DNA of 64,000 nucleotides, from positions 13,526 through 77,525 of the forward strand of contig JAKFCT010000001.1 in the NCBI GenBank assembly GCA_036676495.1. Direction: 5' to 3'. Shown in pieces: positions 1 to 8,156 of this stretch. The first letter of the stretch is position 1; every line of letters starts with the position of its first letter. The position numbers were made by a program, and so were the translations under genes. The DNA is from Candidatus Sericytochromatia bacterium (lineage in GTDB: Bacteria; Cyanobacteriota; Sericytochromatia; S15B-MN24; UBA4093). The notes under the pieces are model-generated. The model was not told the DNA's origin, made no database searches, and worked only from the letters and a program-made list of their open reading frames with translations.

Positions 1-124
1 CCGAGCCGACCAAGCCTGCGATGATCGCTCCGACCCATCCGCCCGGCAGCGTCCCGGGTGCCAGGGCGTCGCCGATGAAGCCGACGATCGCCGCCACCAA
101 GAGCATCACGAGAAACCCTAACAC
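1..124 (-). CDS. GlsB/YeaQ/YmgE-family small membrane protein, partial (C-terminus lies beyond the left edge)
   Basis: Hand-translated (too short for the ORF track). Reverse strand has GGAGGTGG-N4-GTG at 124, then VLGFLVMLLVAAIVGFIGDALAPGTLPGGWVGAIIAGLVGS..., the Gly-rich twin-helix pattern of the transglycosylase-associated/GlsB family. Confidence 0.55.
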   Translation of the reverse strand, partial: MLGFLVMLLVAAIVGFIGDALAPGTLPGGWVGAIIAGLVGS

Positions 125-248
125 GTCCCCACCTCCTTGCTGTCCCCGGTCTCTGGAGGCTCGCTCGGCTAGCGGCTCGCAGCGCCTCCCCGAATCGTCC
201 CGAACCGTAACACAAGCCCTCTGCCCCTGCAACGCTCCGCTTGAGGGC

Positions 249-1304
249 CTAGCGCCCTTGCGAAACCACCCGGGACGCGCCCTCCAAGAGGCGTTCGTAG
301 AGCGCGAGGTAGCCCGCGACCATGGCCGCCGTCCCGAAGCGCTCCTGCACCTGGCGGCGGCATGCATGGGGATCGATCCGCGGGGCGTGACGGATGCCCT
401 CGAGCAGGCCCTCGAAGTCGTCGGCAATCCACCCGCTGACTCCCGGGGCGACCACCTCGGGAACCGAGCCCCAGCGCGTCGCCACCACCGGGGTGCCGCA
501 GGCCATGGCCTCGATCATCACCAGCCCGAACGGCTCCGGCCAGGCGATCGGGAAGAGCAGGCAACGCGCTCCCGCCAGCAGTTCCCATTTCCGGAGGCCC
601 GTGACCTCTCCGACGTAGCGGATGCGCTCCCCGTCGACATGCGGGCTCACGCGCGTCCGGACGTACTCCGCGTCCACCGGGTCGACCTTGCCCGCGAGCA
701 CGAGGGGCATGTCCAGGGCTTGCGCGGCGGCGATCGCGGTATGGGTGCCCTTGGCCTCGCAGAGCCTGCCGAGGAAGAGCAGGTAGTCCTCTTTCTCGGT
801 GCGGAAAAGCGGTTGCTCGAGGTCCAGCCCGTTGTAGACCACTCCCAGGAAGTCCAGCTCGGGGCAGCGCCGGGCATGGGCCTGCGAGAGGGCCACGTAG
901 GCGTGGTCGCGATGGCGCAGGTAGAGGCTGCGGCGCTCGGGAGTGAAGTCGTTGTGGACGGTCGTCAGGACCGGCACGGGAGACGTCGGCGCCAGCATGA
1001 CCCCGAGGGCCTTGGTATGGTCGTGGATCAGGTCGAAGTCGGCGGCCTGGGAGAAGGCCCAGGAGACATGGGCCCGTTCGAAGGGCAAGCTGAGGGCGTT
1101 CGTGTCGAATCCCAAGGGGGTGAGGGCGCGGGGCAGGATCGCGCGCAGGTCGGCCCGGGACGCGGAGTCTCCCGAGGCGAAGAGGGTGACGGCATGGCCG
1201 GCCGCGACCAGCCCCTCGGCCAGCTGGTGGACGACGAGCTCGGTGCCTCCGTAGCCCTGAGGGGGCACGGGCAGGGAGACCGGGGCCAGGATCGCAATTC
1301 TCAC
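249..1304 (-). CDS. Glycosyltransferase family 4 (GT-B fold)
   Basis: 351-aa ORF. N-terminus MRIAILAPVSLPVPPQGYGGTE and C-terminal EPFGLVMIEAMACGTPVV are GT4 hallmarks. GTG start follows GGAGGAGG. Confidence 0.85.
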   Translation of the reverse strand: MRIAILAPVSLPVPPQGYGGTELVVHQLAEGLVAAGHAVTLFASGDSASRADLRAILPRALTPLGFDTNALSLPFERAHVSWAFSQAADFDLIHDHTKALGVMLAPTSPVPVLTTVHNDFTPERRSLYLRHRDHAYVALSQAHARRCPELDFLGVVYNGLDLEQPLFRTEKEDYLLFLGRLCEAKGTHTAIAAAQALDMPLVLAGKVDPVDAEYVRTRVSPHVDGERIRYVGEVTGLRKWELLAGARCLLFPIAWPEPFGLVMIEAMACGTPVVATRWGSVPEVVAPGVSGWIADDFEGLLEGIRHAPRIDPHACRRQVQERFGTAAMVAGYLALYERLLEGASRVVSQGR

Positions 1305-1542
1305 GGATGGCCTCCTCCGGGGCTGGGCCCCCTGTCCCTCCCTTTGGGTGGGGCGGGCGGACGGGTCTACCCTACGCCTCGCGTGACGAAATGTAAAGTG
1401 ACCAAAAACTCGTCACAAGCAAGAGTTGTGGCTGCTCGGGGGCTATGCTATGGTGGGTCCCGCCTTACCTTAACATTTCTTCACGCTTCATGGCGCCCCG
1501 GCAAGCAATGGCGCTTCCGGGGCCTGCGGAAGGGAGGCGGGA

Positions 1543-3120
1543 TTGAGATCAAACGCTCAGGGATGGGGTTCAGCCGATTACCGAGACGCCATCCAGGCGC
1601 TATGCCAGACGGGCTTGGGGGACGTCAACCTGATCTTGGCGTCGAACCGGGGCCCGGTCGAGTTCCGGAAGGACGCGACCGGAAGGGTCCGCAGCCAGCG
1701 GGGCCAAGGAGGGCTGGTCACGGCGCTGAGTTCGATGGTCGAGTGCCTGGACACGACCTGGGTGGCGGCTCCCTTCACCGAGACCGACGCCGCGCTGGGA
1801 TCGGCGGAACTGCCCATGGGCGATCGGCGGCTCTCGCTGGCGTTCGTGGACCTGGATCCGGAGGACTACCACCGCTACTACAACGAGGTCTCCAACTCGC
1901 TGCTGTGGTTCCTGCAGCACGGCATCACCCATGCCCCGGAGCACCCGGAGTTCGACGGGGACGCCTGGAGCGCCTGGGAGGCGTACCGGCGGGTGAACCG
2001 GCGCTTCGCCGAGGCGATCGCCAAGCAGGCCATGGCCTCCTCCAAGCGCCCGCTGGTGATGGTCCACGACTACCACCTCTACCTGGTGCCCTTGTACCTG
2101 CGCGCGCTGCTGCCGGAGGCGCTGATCCAGCACTTCACGCATATCTGCTGGCCGGGACCGGATCTCTGGTGGCAGGTGCCCACGGCCATGCGCCGGGAGA
2201 TCATGCAGAGCCTGACCTCCTGCGACGTGGTGGGCTTCCACACGCCGCGCTACGTGCGCAACTTCCTGCATACCGTCGACGCGGTGCTCGAGGTTCCGAT
2301 CGATCTGGCCGGCGGGCTGATCGAGACCGAGGAGCGGAGGGTCTGGGTGCGGGACTACCCCATCTCGATCGACCCGGACGGGATCCAGCGGCTCGCCGAG
2401 TCTCCCGCCGTCCGCGCGGTGGAGGCCGAGCTGGGCCTGGGGCAGTCGGGGATCAACCTGGTCCAGGTGGCGCGCACGGACCCCAGCAAGAACCTCCTGC
2501 GCAGCCTGAAGGCCATGGACCTCTTCCTGCAGCAGCACCCGCGCTACCGGGGCCAGATCCGGTTCTGGGGGATCCTGCCGGCCTCGCGCCAGGGCTCCGA
2601 GCATTACCGCAGCTACCTGGACCGGCTCTGGGAAAGCGTGCAGGCCGTCAACCGGCGCCATGGGCGCGCGGGCTGGGAGCCGGTGACGGTCTTTCTCGAC
2701 AACTCCTACCCGCGAGCGATCGCCGTCATGAAGCATTACGATCTCCTGCTGGTCAACTCCCTGGCCGACGGCATGAACCTGGTCGCCAAGGAAGGCCCCA
2801 TGGTCAACCAGCGCGACGGAGTCTTGCTCTTGAGCGAGACCATCGGGGCGGCCGACGAGCTGATGGACGGCGCTCTCTGCATCAACCCGTACGACCTGAC
2901 GGGCATGGCCAAGGCCTTCGAGCAAGGGCTCACCATGGCGCGCAGCGAGCGCAAGCGGAAGCTGGCCTTCCTGCGCAGCCGCATCCAGGCCAATCCGATT
3001 CATCGCTGGGTCTACGATCAGCTGCTCGACCTGGAGGGCTTGCTGCGGCCGCGCCTGCGGGTCTCGCCCTTCTATCCCGAAGTGCACCCGACGGACCCGG
3101 ACGTCATGACAAGGGGGTGA
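1543..3120 (+). CDS. GT20-family trehalose-6-phosphate-synthase-like glycosyltransferase
   Basis: 525-aa ORF. LILASNRGPVEF, GGLVTAL, MVHDYHLYLVP and LLVNSLADGMNLVAKE match OtsA/GgpS-type GT20 enzymes. TTG start lies 6 nt after GGGAGG. Acceptor specificity cannot be determined from sequence. Confidence 0.85.
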   Translation: MRSNAQGWGSADYRDAIQALCQTGLGDVNLILASNRGPVEFRKDATGRVRSQRGQGGLVTALSSMVECLDTTWVAAPFTETDAALGSAELPMGDRRLSLAFVDLDPEDYHRYYNEVSNSLLWFLQHGITHAPEHPEFDGDAWSAWEAYRRVNRRFAEAIAKQAMASSKRPLVMVHDYHLYLVPLYLRALLPEALIQHFTHICWPGPDLWWQVPTAMRREIMQSLTSCDVVGFHTPRYVRNFLHTVDAVLEVPIDLAGGLIETEERRVWVRDYPISIDPDGIQRLAESPAVRAVEAELGLGQSGINLVQVARTDPSKNLLRSLKAMDLFLQQHPRYRGQIRFWGILPASRQGSEHYRSYLDRLWESVQAVNRRHGRAGWEPVTVFLDNSYPRAIAVMKHYDLLLVNSLADGMNLVAKEGPMVNQRDGVLLLSETIGAADELMDGALCINPYDLTGMAKAFEQGLTMARSERKRKLAFLRSRIQANPIHRWVYDQLLDLEGLLRPRLRVSPFYPEVHPTDPDVMTRG

Positions 3121-3126
3121 AGACCC

Positions 3127-4017
3127 ATGGGAAAACGTGACCCCGATCGCCAAACCCTCGAGCGCCGGCTCCTCGAGCTGGGCCTCGCCGGGGAGACTCC
3201 CAACACGCCCGACGCCAACCTGAGGGCCATCCGCCAGATGCGCGACGGCAACGTCTTCTATACCTTCGGCATCGACGCCGTCCGGCGCGCGATGGCCACC
3301 GGCAAGCTGGGTGAGGAGGCGATCCTCGACCTGATGGCCCGCCACTGCGGGCAGGCCAACGGCCGGGAGTTCCTGGCCGGAAACGGCACGATCGCTCCCG
3401 ACCGGGTCGTAGAAGGGCTCGAGCGCGCCGCGGAGCGGATCCGGGACGTGATCGCCCGCCGGGGGACGGTGGCCTTCGGCACCGGGCACCCGGGCTCGCT
3501 TCTCAATGCCTACAACCGCATGGCGGATTACCTGGATCGCCGTGGCTGCCGCATCGCGCGCGTCGCCCCCGGGGCGGAGGTCGGAGTGGACTGGGTCCTG
3601 GACTTCGTGGGCCGGGTGGCGGTCACCAGCGACACCTGCGGCGTGCTGCATGGGCACTCGACCCGTCCCATGGAGCAGCTCATCGCCGGCTACGGCGCTC
3701 CCATCGACCTGGTGATCGGGGATCACGGCCACGCCGGAGCGGCCATCAACGCCGGGATCGCGACCATCGGCTTCATGGACACGAACGATCCGGCGCTGGC
3801 CATGGCCTCCCACCTGGAAATCGACAACCTGGTGGCCGTGCCGCTCTTCGACAACCGCCCCAACGCCGTTTCCGAAGCGCTCGCGGACCTCTGGATCCCG
3901 CTGATCGAGGCGGTGGGAGCGCCGGAGACGCTCCCGCGGGTGACCTTCGATCGCGCGGGGCGACTCCCTGAGGTTGCCGAAGGCGGTCGCGAACGGTATG
4001 ATGGCGGCGTTCCCTAG
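3127..4017 (+). CDS. Conserved hypothetical protein with His/Gly-rich motifs (GTGHPG, HGHSTRP, GDHGHAG)
   Basis: 296-aa ORF starting 7 nt after the GT20 stop, with GC3-rich codons. I cannot name a family with confidence. Confidence 0.65.
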   Translation: MGKRDPDRQTLERRLLELGLAGETPNTPDANLRAIRQMRDGNVFYTFGIDAVRRAMATGKLGEEAILDLMARHCGQANGREFLAGNGTIAPDRVVEGLERAAERIRDVIARRGTVAFGTGHPGSLLNAYNRMADYLDRRGCRIARVAPGAEVGVDWVLDFVGRVAVTSDTCGVLHGHSTRPMEQLIAGYGAPIDLVIGDHGHAGAAINAGIATIGFMDTNDPALAMASHLEIDNLVAVPLFDNRPNAVSEALADLWIPLIEAVGAPETLPRVTFDRAGRLPEVAEGGRERYDGGVP

Positions 4018-4102
4018 CGCCTGCGGCTGGGCGAGCACCTGCGGCTGGGAAAGGGAACGCGAAGCGGTCCAGCAGCAACGACGATCACTCCAAGGAGGCC
4101 CC

Positions 4103-4240
4103 ATGACGGCATCGACCCCCCCGAGCGATTACGAGAAGGCCCGCGACGAGGGCACGATCACCCGGACCATCTGGACGGCCACGCTGGCGGCCTGCGCCTT
4201 TGCCGCGGCCGTGGGCTACGTCTTCACCCTGGTCGATTGA
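4103..4240 (+). CDS. Small hydrophobic protein (45 aa)
   Basis: AAGGAGG lies 5 nt upstream of ATG 4103, inside ORF 3974..4240. MTASTPPSDYEKARDEGTITRTIWTATLAACAFAAAVGYVFTLVD contains one predicted TM helix. Confidence 0.5.
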   Translation: MTASTPPSDYEKARDEGTITRTIWTATLAACAFAAAVGYVFTLVD

Positions 4241-4250
4241 CCCGTTCGGA

Positions 4251-4278
4251 TTGACAACCGGGCTCAACACGCTACGAT
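4251..4278 (+). promoter_or_regulatory. Sigma-70-like promoter for tRNA-Val
   Basis: TTGACA (4251-4256), 16-nt spacer, TACGAT (4273-4278), about 9 nt before the mature tRNA 5' end. Confidence 0.55.
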
Positions 4279-4287
4279 AGAGCTCTG

Positions 4288-4360
4288 GGGCGGTTAGCTC
4301 AGCTGGTAGAGCGTCTCGTTTACACCGAGATGGTCGCGGGTTCGAGTCCCCCACCGCCCA
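4288..4360 (+). tRNA. tRNA-Val (anticodon TAC)
   Basis: Hand-folded cloverleaf. Perfect 7-bp acceptor stem GGGCGGT/ACCGCCC, D arm GCTC-AGCTGGTA-GAGC, anticodon stem TCTCG/CGAGA with loop TTTACAC, 5-nt variable loop, T loop TTCGAGT, discriminator A. One C.C mismatch in the T stem. CCA is not encoded. Confidence 0.85.
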
Positions 4361-4364
4361 CCTG

Positions 4365-4392
4365 GCCCCGCCGTTCCGGCGGGGCTTTTTTT
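4365..4392 (+). terminator. Rho-independent terminator after tRNA-Val
   Basis: GCCCCGCCG-TTC-CGGCGGGGC hairpin followed by a run of 7 T. Confidence 0.85.
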
Positions 4393-4478
4393 GGCTCCGC
4401 GCCACCCACCGAGAGACGATTGCGACCCCGGATCCCCGGAGGTAGGGTGGGGGCGTCCGGATTCACAGGGAGGGCGCC

Positions 4479-4919
4479 ATGACTCTGAAAGGCTTACTGG
4501 ATCTTCCCGACTACCATGTGGCCGAAGGCAGCATCGACGCGCGAGGCTGGGCCTTGCTCGACGCATCCGGCGAGGCCGTGGGGCGGGTCGTCGACTTCAT
4601 CGTCGACACCGAGGCGCTGGAAGCGCGTTACCTGCTGGTGGCCCTGGACGGGCTCTTCCGCGAGGTCGTCCTCTCGGTCAAGGAGGTGGACTTCGATCCG
4701 CGGAGCCGCCAGGTCCGTTGCCGGCAAGCAACCAAGCAACAGATTCAGCAGCTTCCCTACTTCGGGGGGACCTCCCTCCGGCCGGAGGACGAGGAGAAGC
4801 TCTACGCCACCTTCATCCCCCTGGCCAGCGCCGAGGAAGCGGGCCCCGAAGCCGTGCGGGGCGGCCCCGCGCGCCTCATGGTGCTGAGCATTCGGAGGCG
4901 GGAAAGCGAGGACGTATGA
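4479..4919 (+). CDS. PRC-barrel domain protein
   Basis: 146-aa ORF. DYHVAEGSIDARGWALLDASGEAVGRVVDFIVDTEALEARYLLVAL is the typical PRC-barrel core. Confidence 0.8.
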   Translation: MTLKGLLDLPDYHVAEGSIDARGWALLDASGEAVGRVVDFIVDTEALEARYLLVALDGLFREVVLSVKEVDFDPRSRQVRCRQATKQQIQQLPYFGGTSLRPEDEEKLYATFIPLASAEEAGPEAVRGGPARLMVLSIRRRESEDV

Positions 4920-5263
4920 ACGTGGTCTTCCAGCTCGATCAGCGACCGAAACTGACGGACGCGCAGCGGCTCTCCGAGGCGCTCGACCGGCAGCAGGGCG
5001 TGGTGTCGGCCCTCGTCGACCCCCAGCTCGCCAAGGTCTTCGTGACCTTCGACCCCGACATGACCGGCGACCTCACGCTCCAGCGCGTCGTCGAGGGCAT
5101 GGGCTACCGCGTGAGCAGCGAAGGCGAGCCGCTGGACTTCGATACCGAAACGTCCGGCTACCTTCATGCCATGGGGGATGAGGAGATCCAGGAGAGCCAG
5201 GCGACCGCGCTGCTGCGGGATGCGGAGTTCACCTTGCCCGACGCGGAGGGGCGCGGGATCTGA
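4916..5263 (+). CDS. Hypothetical protein with an HMA/ferredoxin-like beta-alpha-beta pattern and no CxxC
   Basis: ATG 4916 overlaps the PRC-barrel stop (ATGA). It is in frame with the last 115 aa of ORF 4391..5263: MNVVFQLDQRPKLTDAQRLSEALDRQQGVVSALVDPQLAKVFVTFDPDMTGDLTLQRVVEGMGYRV... Confidence 0.6.
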   Translation: MNVVFQLDQRPKLTDAQRLSEALDRQQGVVSALVDPQLAKVFVTFDPDMTGDLTLQRVVEGMGYRVSSEGEPLDFDTETSGYLHAMGDEEIQESQATALLRDAEFTLPDAEGRGI

Positions 5264-5877
5264 TGCGGGCCATCCTGCTCGTCGGCCTTCCGGGCTGCGG
5301 GAAGAGCACGCTGGCCGCGGAGCATCCCGACCTGACCGAGATCAACCGCGACCGGATCCGCGAGCGCCTCTTCGGCAGCCGGAGGCACCATGCCGGCGAG
5401 GGCGCGGTGAGCCGCGAGCACGGCCGGCTCATCCTCCACCATGCCGCTCGCGGCGACGACCTGCTGATCTCGGATACCCATACCCAGCGAAGAAGCCGGC
5501 GGGATCTCATCCGCCGGCTCAAGGATCTGGGCTACCAGGTGGAAGTTTGGGTCTTCGACGTGGGAGAAGAGACCTGCCAGGCCCGTAACGCCCGACGTCC
5601 GGAGCCGGTGCCGCCGGAGGTGATCTCTCGGATGAGCCGGAGGCTGCGCGGCTCCCCTCCCGGTCTCGAAGAGGGGATGGACGCGCTTCGGGTGATCCGT
5701 CAGGGGGCATGCGCCCCGCTGTTCAGTCCAGCGGAAAGCGGGCAAGCGGAGTATGAATCGCCCCTTGGGGTTTCAGCGCGGAGTGGAAGAGCACGAGTTC
5801 GGACGCCTGCCAGGCGAGAGGACGGGGAAGCTGCTCGGGGACCCGGACCGCTTCGCGGGGATCGCGCGCCAGGGTGA
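5263..5877 (+). CDS. P-loop kinase (AAA_33 / polynucleotide-kinase-like)
   Basis: Walker A motif LLVGLPGCGKSTLA at the N-terminus, and a compact kinase of about 150 aa. Start overlaps the upstream stop (TGATG). The last ~50 aa are an Arg/Pro/Gly-rich tail running antisense into thpR. Confidence 0.7.
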   Translation: MRAILLVGLPGCGKSTLAAEHPDLTEINRDRIRERLFGSRRHHAGEGAVSREHGRLILHHAARGDDLLISDTHTQRRSRRDLIRRLKDLGYQVEVWVFDVGEETCQARNARRPEPVPPEVISRMSRRLRGSPPGLEEGMDALRVIRQGACAPLFSPAESGQAEYESPLGVSARSGRARVRTPARREDGEAARGPGPLRGDRAPG

Positions 5878-6256
5878 TATGCGGCGCGTACCTCCGGACC
5901 TCCAGGGGGATGCCCAGCGCGATCACGCGGGGGCGCAGGGCGCTTTCGAGGGCGTCCAGGCGATCGCGCTGGCCCGCGAGGCCCAGCCAGAGGGTGCGCG
6001 GGTGGCGGAGATTGGGGAAAGCGCCAAGTCGGTCGAGTTGTAGGCGAAACGAACCGAAGCCGCGGCAGGCCTCCCGCAGCTCCGGCTCGAGGCGAGGCAG
6101 CAGGGCGGGATCGACCTCTCCCAGGAAGTGCAGGGTGAGGTGAAGGGTCGTCGCGGGTTGCCAGCGGCGGAACGGGAGATCGTGCAGCTCCGTCTGCAGG
6201 CGAACGACCTCGTTCTTGACGTCGGGGGGCAACTCGAACGCGGTGAAGAGCCTCAT
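5723..6256 (-). CDS. thpR: RNA 2',3'-cyclic phosphodiesterase (2H phosphoesterase, LigT/ThpR)
   Basis: 177-aa ORF with two H-x-T-x motifs (TLHLTLHFLG and APHITLAR) at the spacing typical of ThpR. Confidence 0.85.
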   Translation of the reverse strand: MRLFTAFELPPDVKNEVVRLQTELHDLPFRRWQPATTLHLTLHFLGEVDPALLPRLEPELREACRGFGSFRLQLDRLGAFPNLRHPRTLWLGLAGQRDRLDALESALRPRVIALGIPLEVRRYAPHITLARDPREAVRVPEQLPRPLAWQASELVLFHSALKPQGAIHTPLARFPLD

Positions 6257-6376
6257 GAATACCCTCCTCTCAACCAGGTGCTTCTCCGATTCCGCCGTAG
6301 CCGAAGGGGAAGCGATTCCGGATCATGGGCGCGAGACGGAACGGGTTTACGGGATCGCAAGGGGGTCGATGACGCC

Positions 6377-7381
6377 ATGACGATACGCATGGGGGGGACG
6401 GTCGAGACCGACTGGGACGTGGGACACCCGCGCTGGAGGGAGGTCCTGCGCCGGAGCGCTGGGGCGACCTTCTTCCATACCCCAGGATGGTACCAGACGC
6501 ATGCGGAGATCGGGGGCGCGGCGGTTCGCGCGTTGGGATTTCGCTGGCCGGACGGGCAAGAGGCCTTGCTGCCGCTGGCGCTGCGCTCCCGGTATCGCGG
6601 CTGGGTCACGGAGGCGCAGGCGGGGGTGGAGAATGGCTACGGCGGGCTATTGAGTCCTCAGCCGCTGCCTCCGCACCGGATCGAGGAGGCCTATGCCCAG
6701 GTGCGGGAGCGCTATCCGAATCTCAGGGTGCTGGGCAATCCACTGGGTCGGCAGAGCGTGCCGGCGCAGGGCCGGGTCCTGGAGAGCTTCACGCAGGCCG
6801 TGCCGATCCTGGAGCCGGCGGCCCAGGTGGCCCGGATGAGCGGGCTGCGGCAGCGCAATCTCCGCCGGGCGGAGAAGGCGGCTTTCTCGCTGGAGCGGAT
6901 TCATCCGGTCGTTCCCTCGGACACGCGGGACCTCTACCCCGTTTACCAGGAGCATAGCGCCCGCTGGCAGTACCGGCGCTGGGTGCGCGACGAGGCGTAC
7001 TTCCGGGCGCTGTTCCGGCACGCCGGCCATGACCTGACAATCTTCGTGGCGCGCCATGGGGGCGAGATGGCGGGTTTCATCCTCCTGGGGGGCTGGGGGG
7101 AGACGATCGTCGAGTTGCACCTGGCCACGCGGGCCGCCAAGGATCCACTGCAAGTCGGGAGCTACCTGGTAGCCAAGTCCCTCGAATGGGGCTACGAGGC
7201 CGGCTACCGGGTTTTCGACTTTCTGCCGAGTGGAACGCTCGAGGGCATCATCGCGTTCAAGGAGTCCTTCGGAGCGGAGCAGCTCCGCCAGGTCGAGGTG
7301 GTCCAGGACAGCCTCTGGAGCCGGGGGCTCTCGATCCTGCGCGGCGCCCTGTCCCGCGAGACGCTCGCCTCCAGCCACTAG
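6377..7381 (+). CDS. FemAB/CelD-like GNAT acyltransferase
   Basis: Internal ATG 6377 of ORF 6128..7381; the upstream part is antisense to thpR. ATFFHTPGWYQTH and the C-terminal LVAKSLEWGYEAGYRVFDF resemble the Acetyltransf_6/BioF2-like family. Confidence 0.7.
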   Translation: MTIRMGGTVETDWDVGHPRWREVLRRSAGATFFHTPGWYQTHAEIGGAAVRALGFRWPDGQEALLPLALRSRYRGWVTEAQAGVENGYGGLLSPQPLPPHRIEEAYAQVRERYPNLRVLGNPLGRQSVPAQGRVLESFTQAVPILEPAAQVARMSGLRQRNLRRAEKAAFSLERIHPVVPSDTRDLYPVYQEHSARWQYRRWVRDEAYFRALFRHAGHDLTIFVARHGGEMAGFILLGGWGETIVELHLATRAAKDPLQVGSYLVAKSLEWGYEAGYRVFDFLPSGTLEGIIAFKESFGAEQLRQVEVVQDSLWSRGLSILRGALSRETLASSH

Positions 7382-7511
7382 GTCACCTTCGGCGGGCCCC
7401 AGGACGGCGGGCGCGCCAAAATCCGGCCCGCAGCTTGGGGCATGCTGGCCGATGTCGCCTCTGAACTTCCCGGATAGGGTCGAAAGGGAGAAGAAGTTCA
7501 GAGGAGGCGCC

Positions 7512-8156
7512 ATGCGCATGATCGTCGCTCCCTTGCGCTCCGTCATCGGATTCAAGCGCTGTTACCTGGGCGGCTGGGAGTTGGATCCGCCTCCGGCGTT
7601 TCCAACCTTGCCCGCCGGCTGTCACATCGCCCCCTTCCGGGCCCCCGACCTGCAAGTCCTGGGACCGCGCGCGATGGATCCCGCGATGACCGAGCAGCGG
7701 CTCGCCTGCGGGGACCGGCCTTGGGGGCTCTGGCGGGACCGCGAGCTGCTCTGCTACGGCTGGAGCAGCACCCGGCCGACGAGCATCCTGACGCTGACCA
7801 CGGTGGTTCCCGGCCCGCACGAGGCTTATCTCTACGGGTTCTACACCCCACCTCCGCATCGCGGCCAGGGCTATTACCCGCTCTTGCTGCGGCAGATCGG
7901 GGCGCAATTGGCCCAGGAAGGGAGTCTTAGGGCATGGATTGCCGTCTTCGACCACAATGCCGCCTCGTGGAGGGGGGTGCTGAAGGCGGGCTTCCGCAAG
8001 ACGACGACCCAGATCTCGCTCTACGGCCGCTTGTCCTGGACGCGGGCGGAGCGCGTCGAGCCTCAGCCGAGGCTGCGTCCTCGCCTCCGCGGGCTACACC
8101 TGGGCACGCTCCCGAGGCGGGAGGGCGCTCGACCCGCCCCGGCCCGCCCGCGCTAA
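7512..8156 (+). CDS. GNAT-family N-acetyltransferase
   Basis: ATG 7512 follows GAGGAGG inside ORF 7230..8156. YLYGFYTPPPHRGQGYYPLLLRQI is a GNAT motif A-like segment. Confidence 0.6.
   Translation: MRMIVAPLRSVIGFKRCYLGGWELDPPPAFPTLPAGCHIAPFRAPDLQVLGPRAMDPAMTEQRLACGDRPWGLWRDRELLCYGWSSTRPTSILTLTTVVPGPHEAYLYGFYTPPPHRGQGYYPLLLRQIGAQLAQEGSLRAWIAVFDHNAASWRGVLKAGFRKTTTQISLYGRLSWTRAERVEPQPRLRPRLRGLHLGTLPRREGARPAPARPR

Noticed and set aside
4020-4049. 12-nt direct repeat CCTGCGGCTGGG x2 (18-nt period) after the 296-aa gene.
   Set aside because: It is short and GC-rich with no associated structure or gene end, so it is compatible with chance or minor slippage.
21-4104. Very long ORFs: 21..3140 (+, 1039 aa) and 1600..4104 (-, 834 aa).
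   Set aside because: Their composition is Arg/Gly/Pro/Ala-rich low complexity. They run antisense or out of frame to genes with clear family motifs (GT4, GT20). These are classic shadow ORFs of GC-rich DNA.
4288-4400. tRNA-Val as an integration hotspot.
   Set aside because: No integrase or repeated tRNA 3' fragment lies downstream. The following genes are ordinary and start after a clean terminator.
4391-5263. 290-aa ORF spanning the PRC-barrel gene in another frame.
   Set aside because: Only its last 115 codons (from ATG 4916, which overlaps the PRC-barrel stop) look like real protein. The upstream part is Arg/Gly/Pro-rich and overlaps the terminator and the PRC-barrel CDS.
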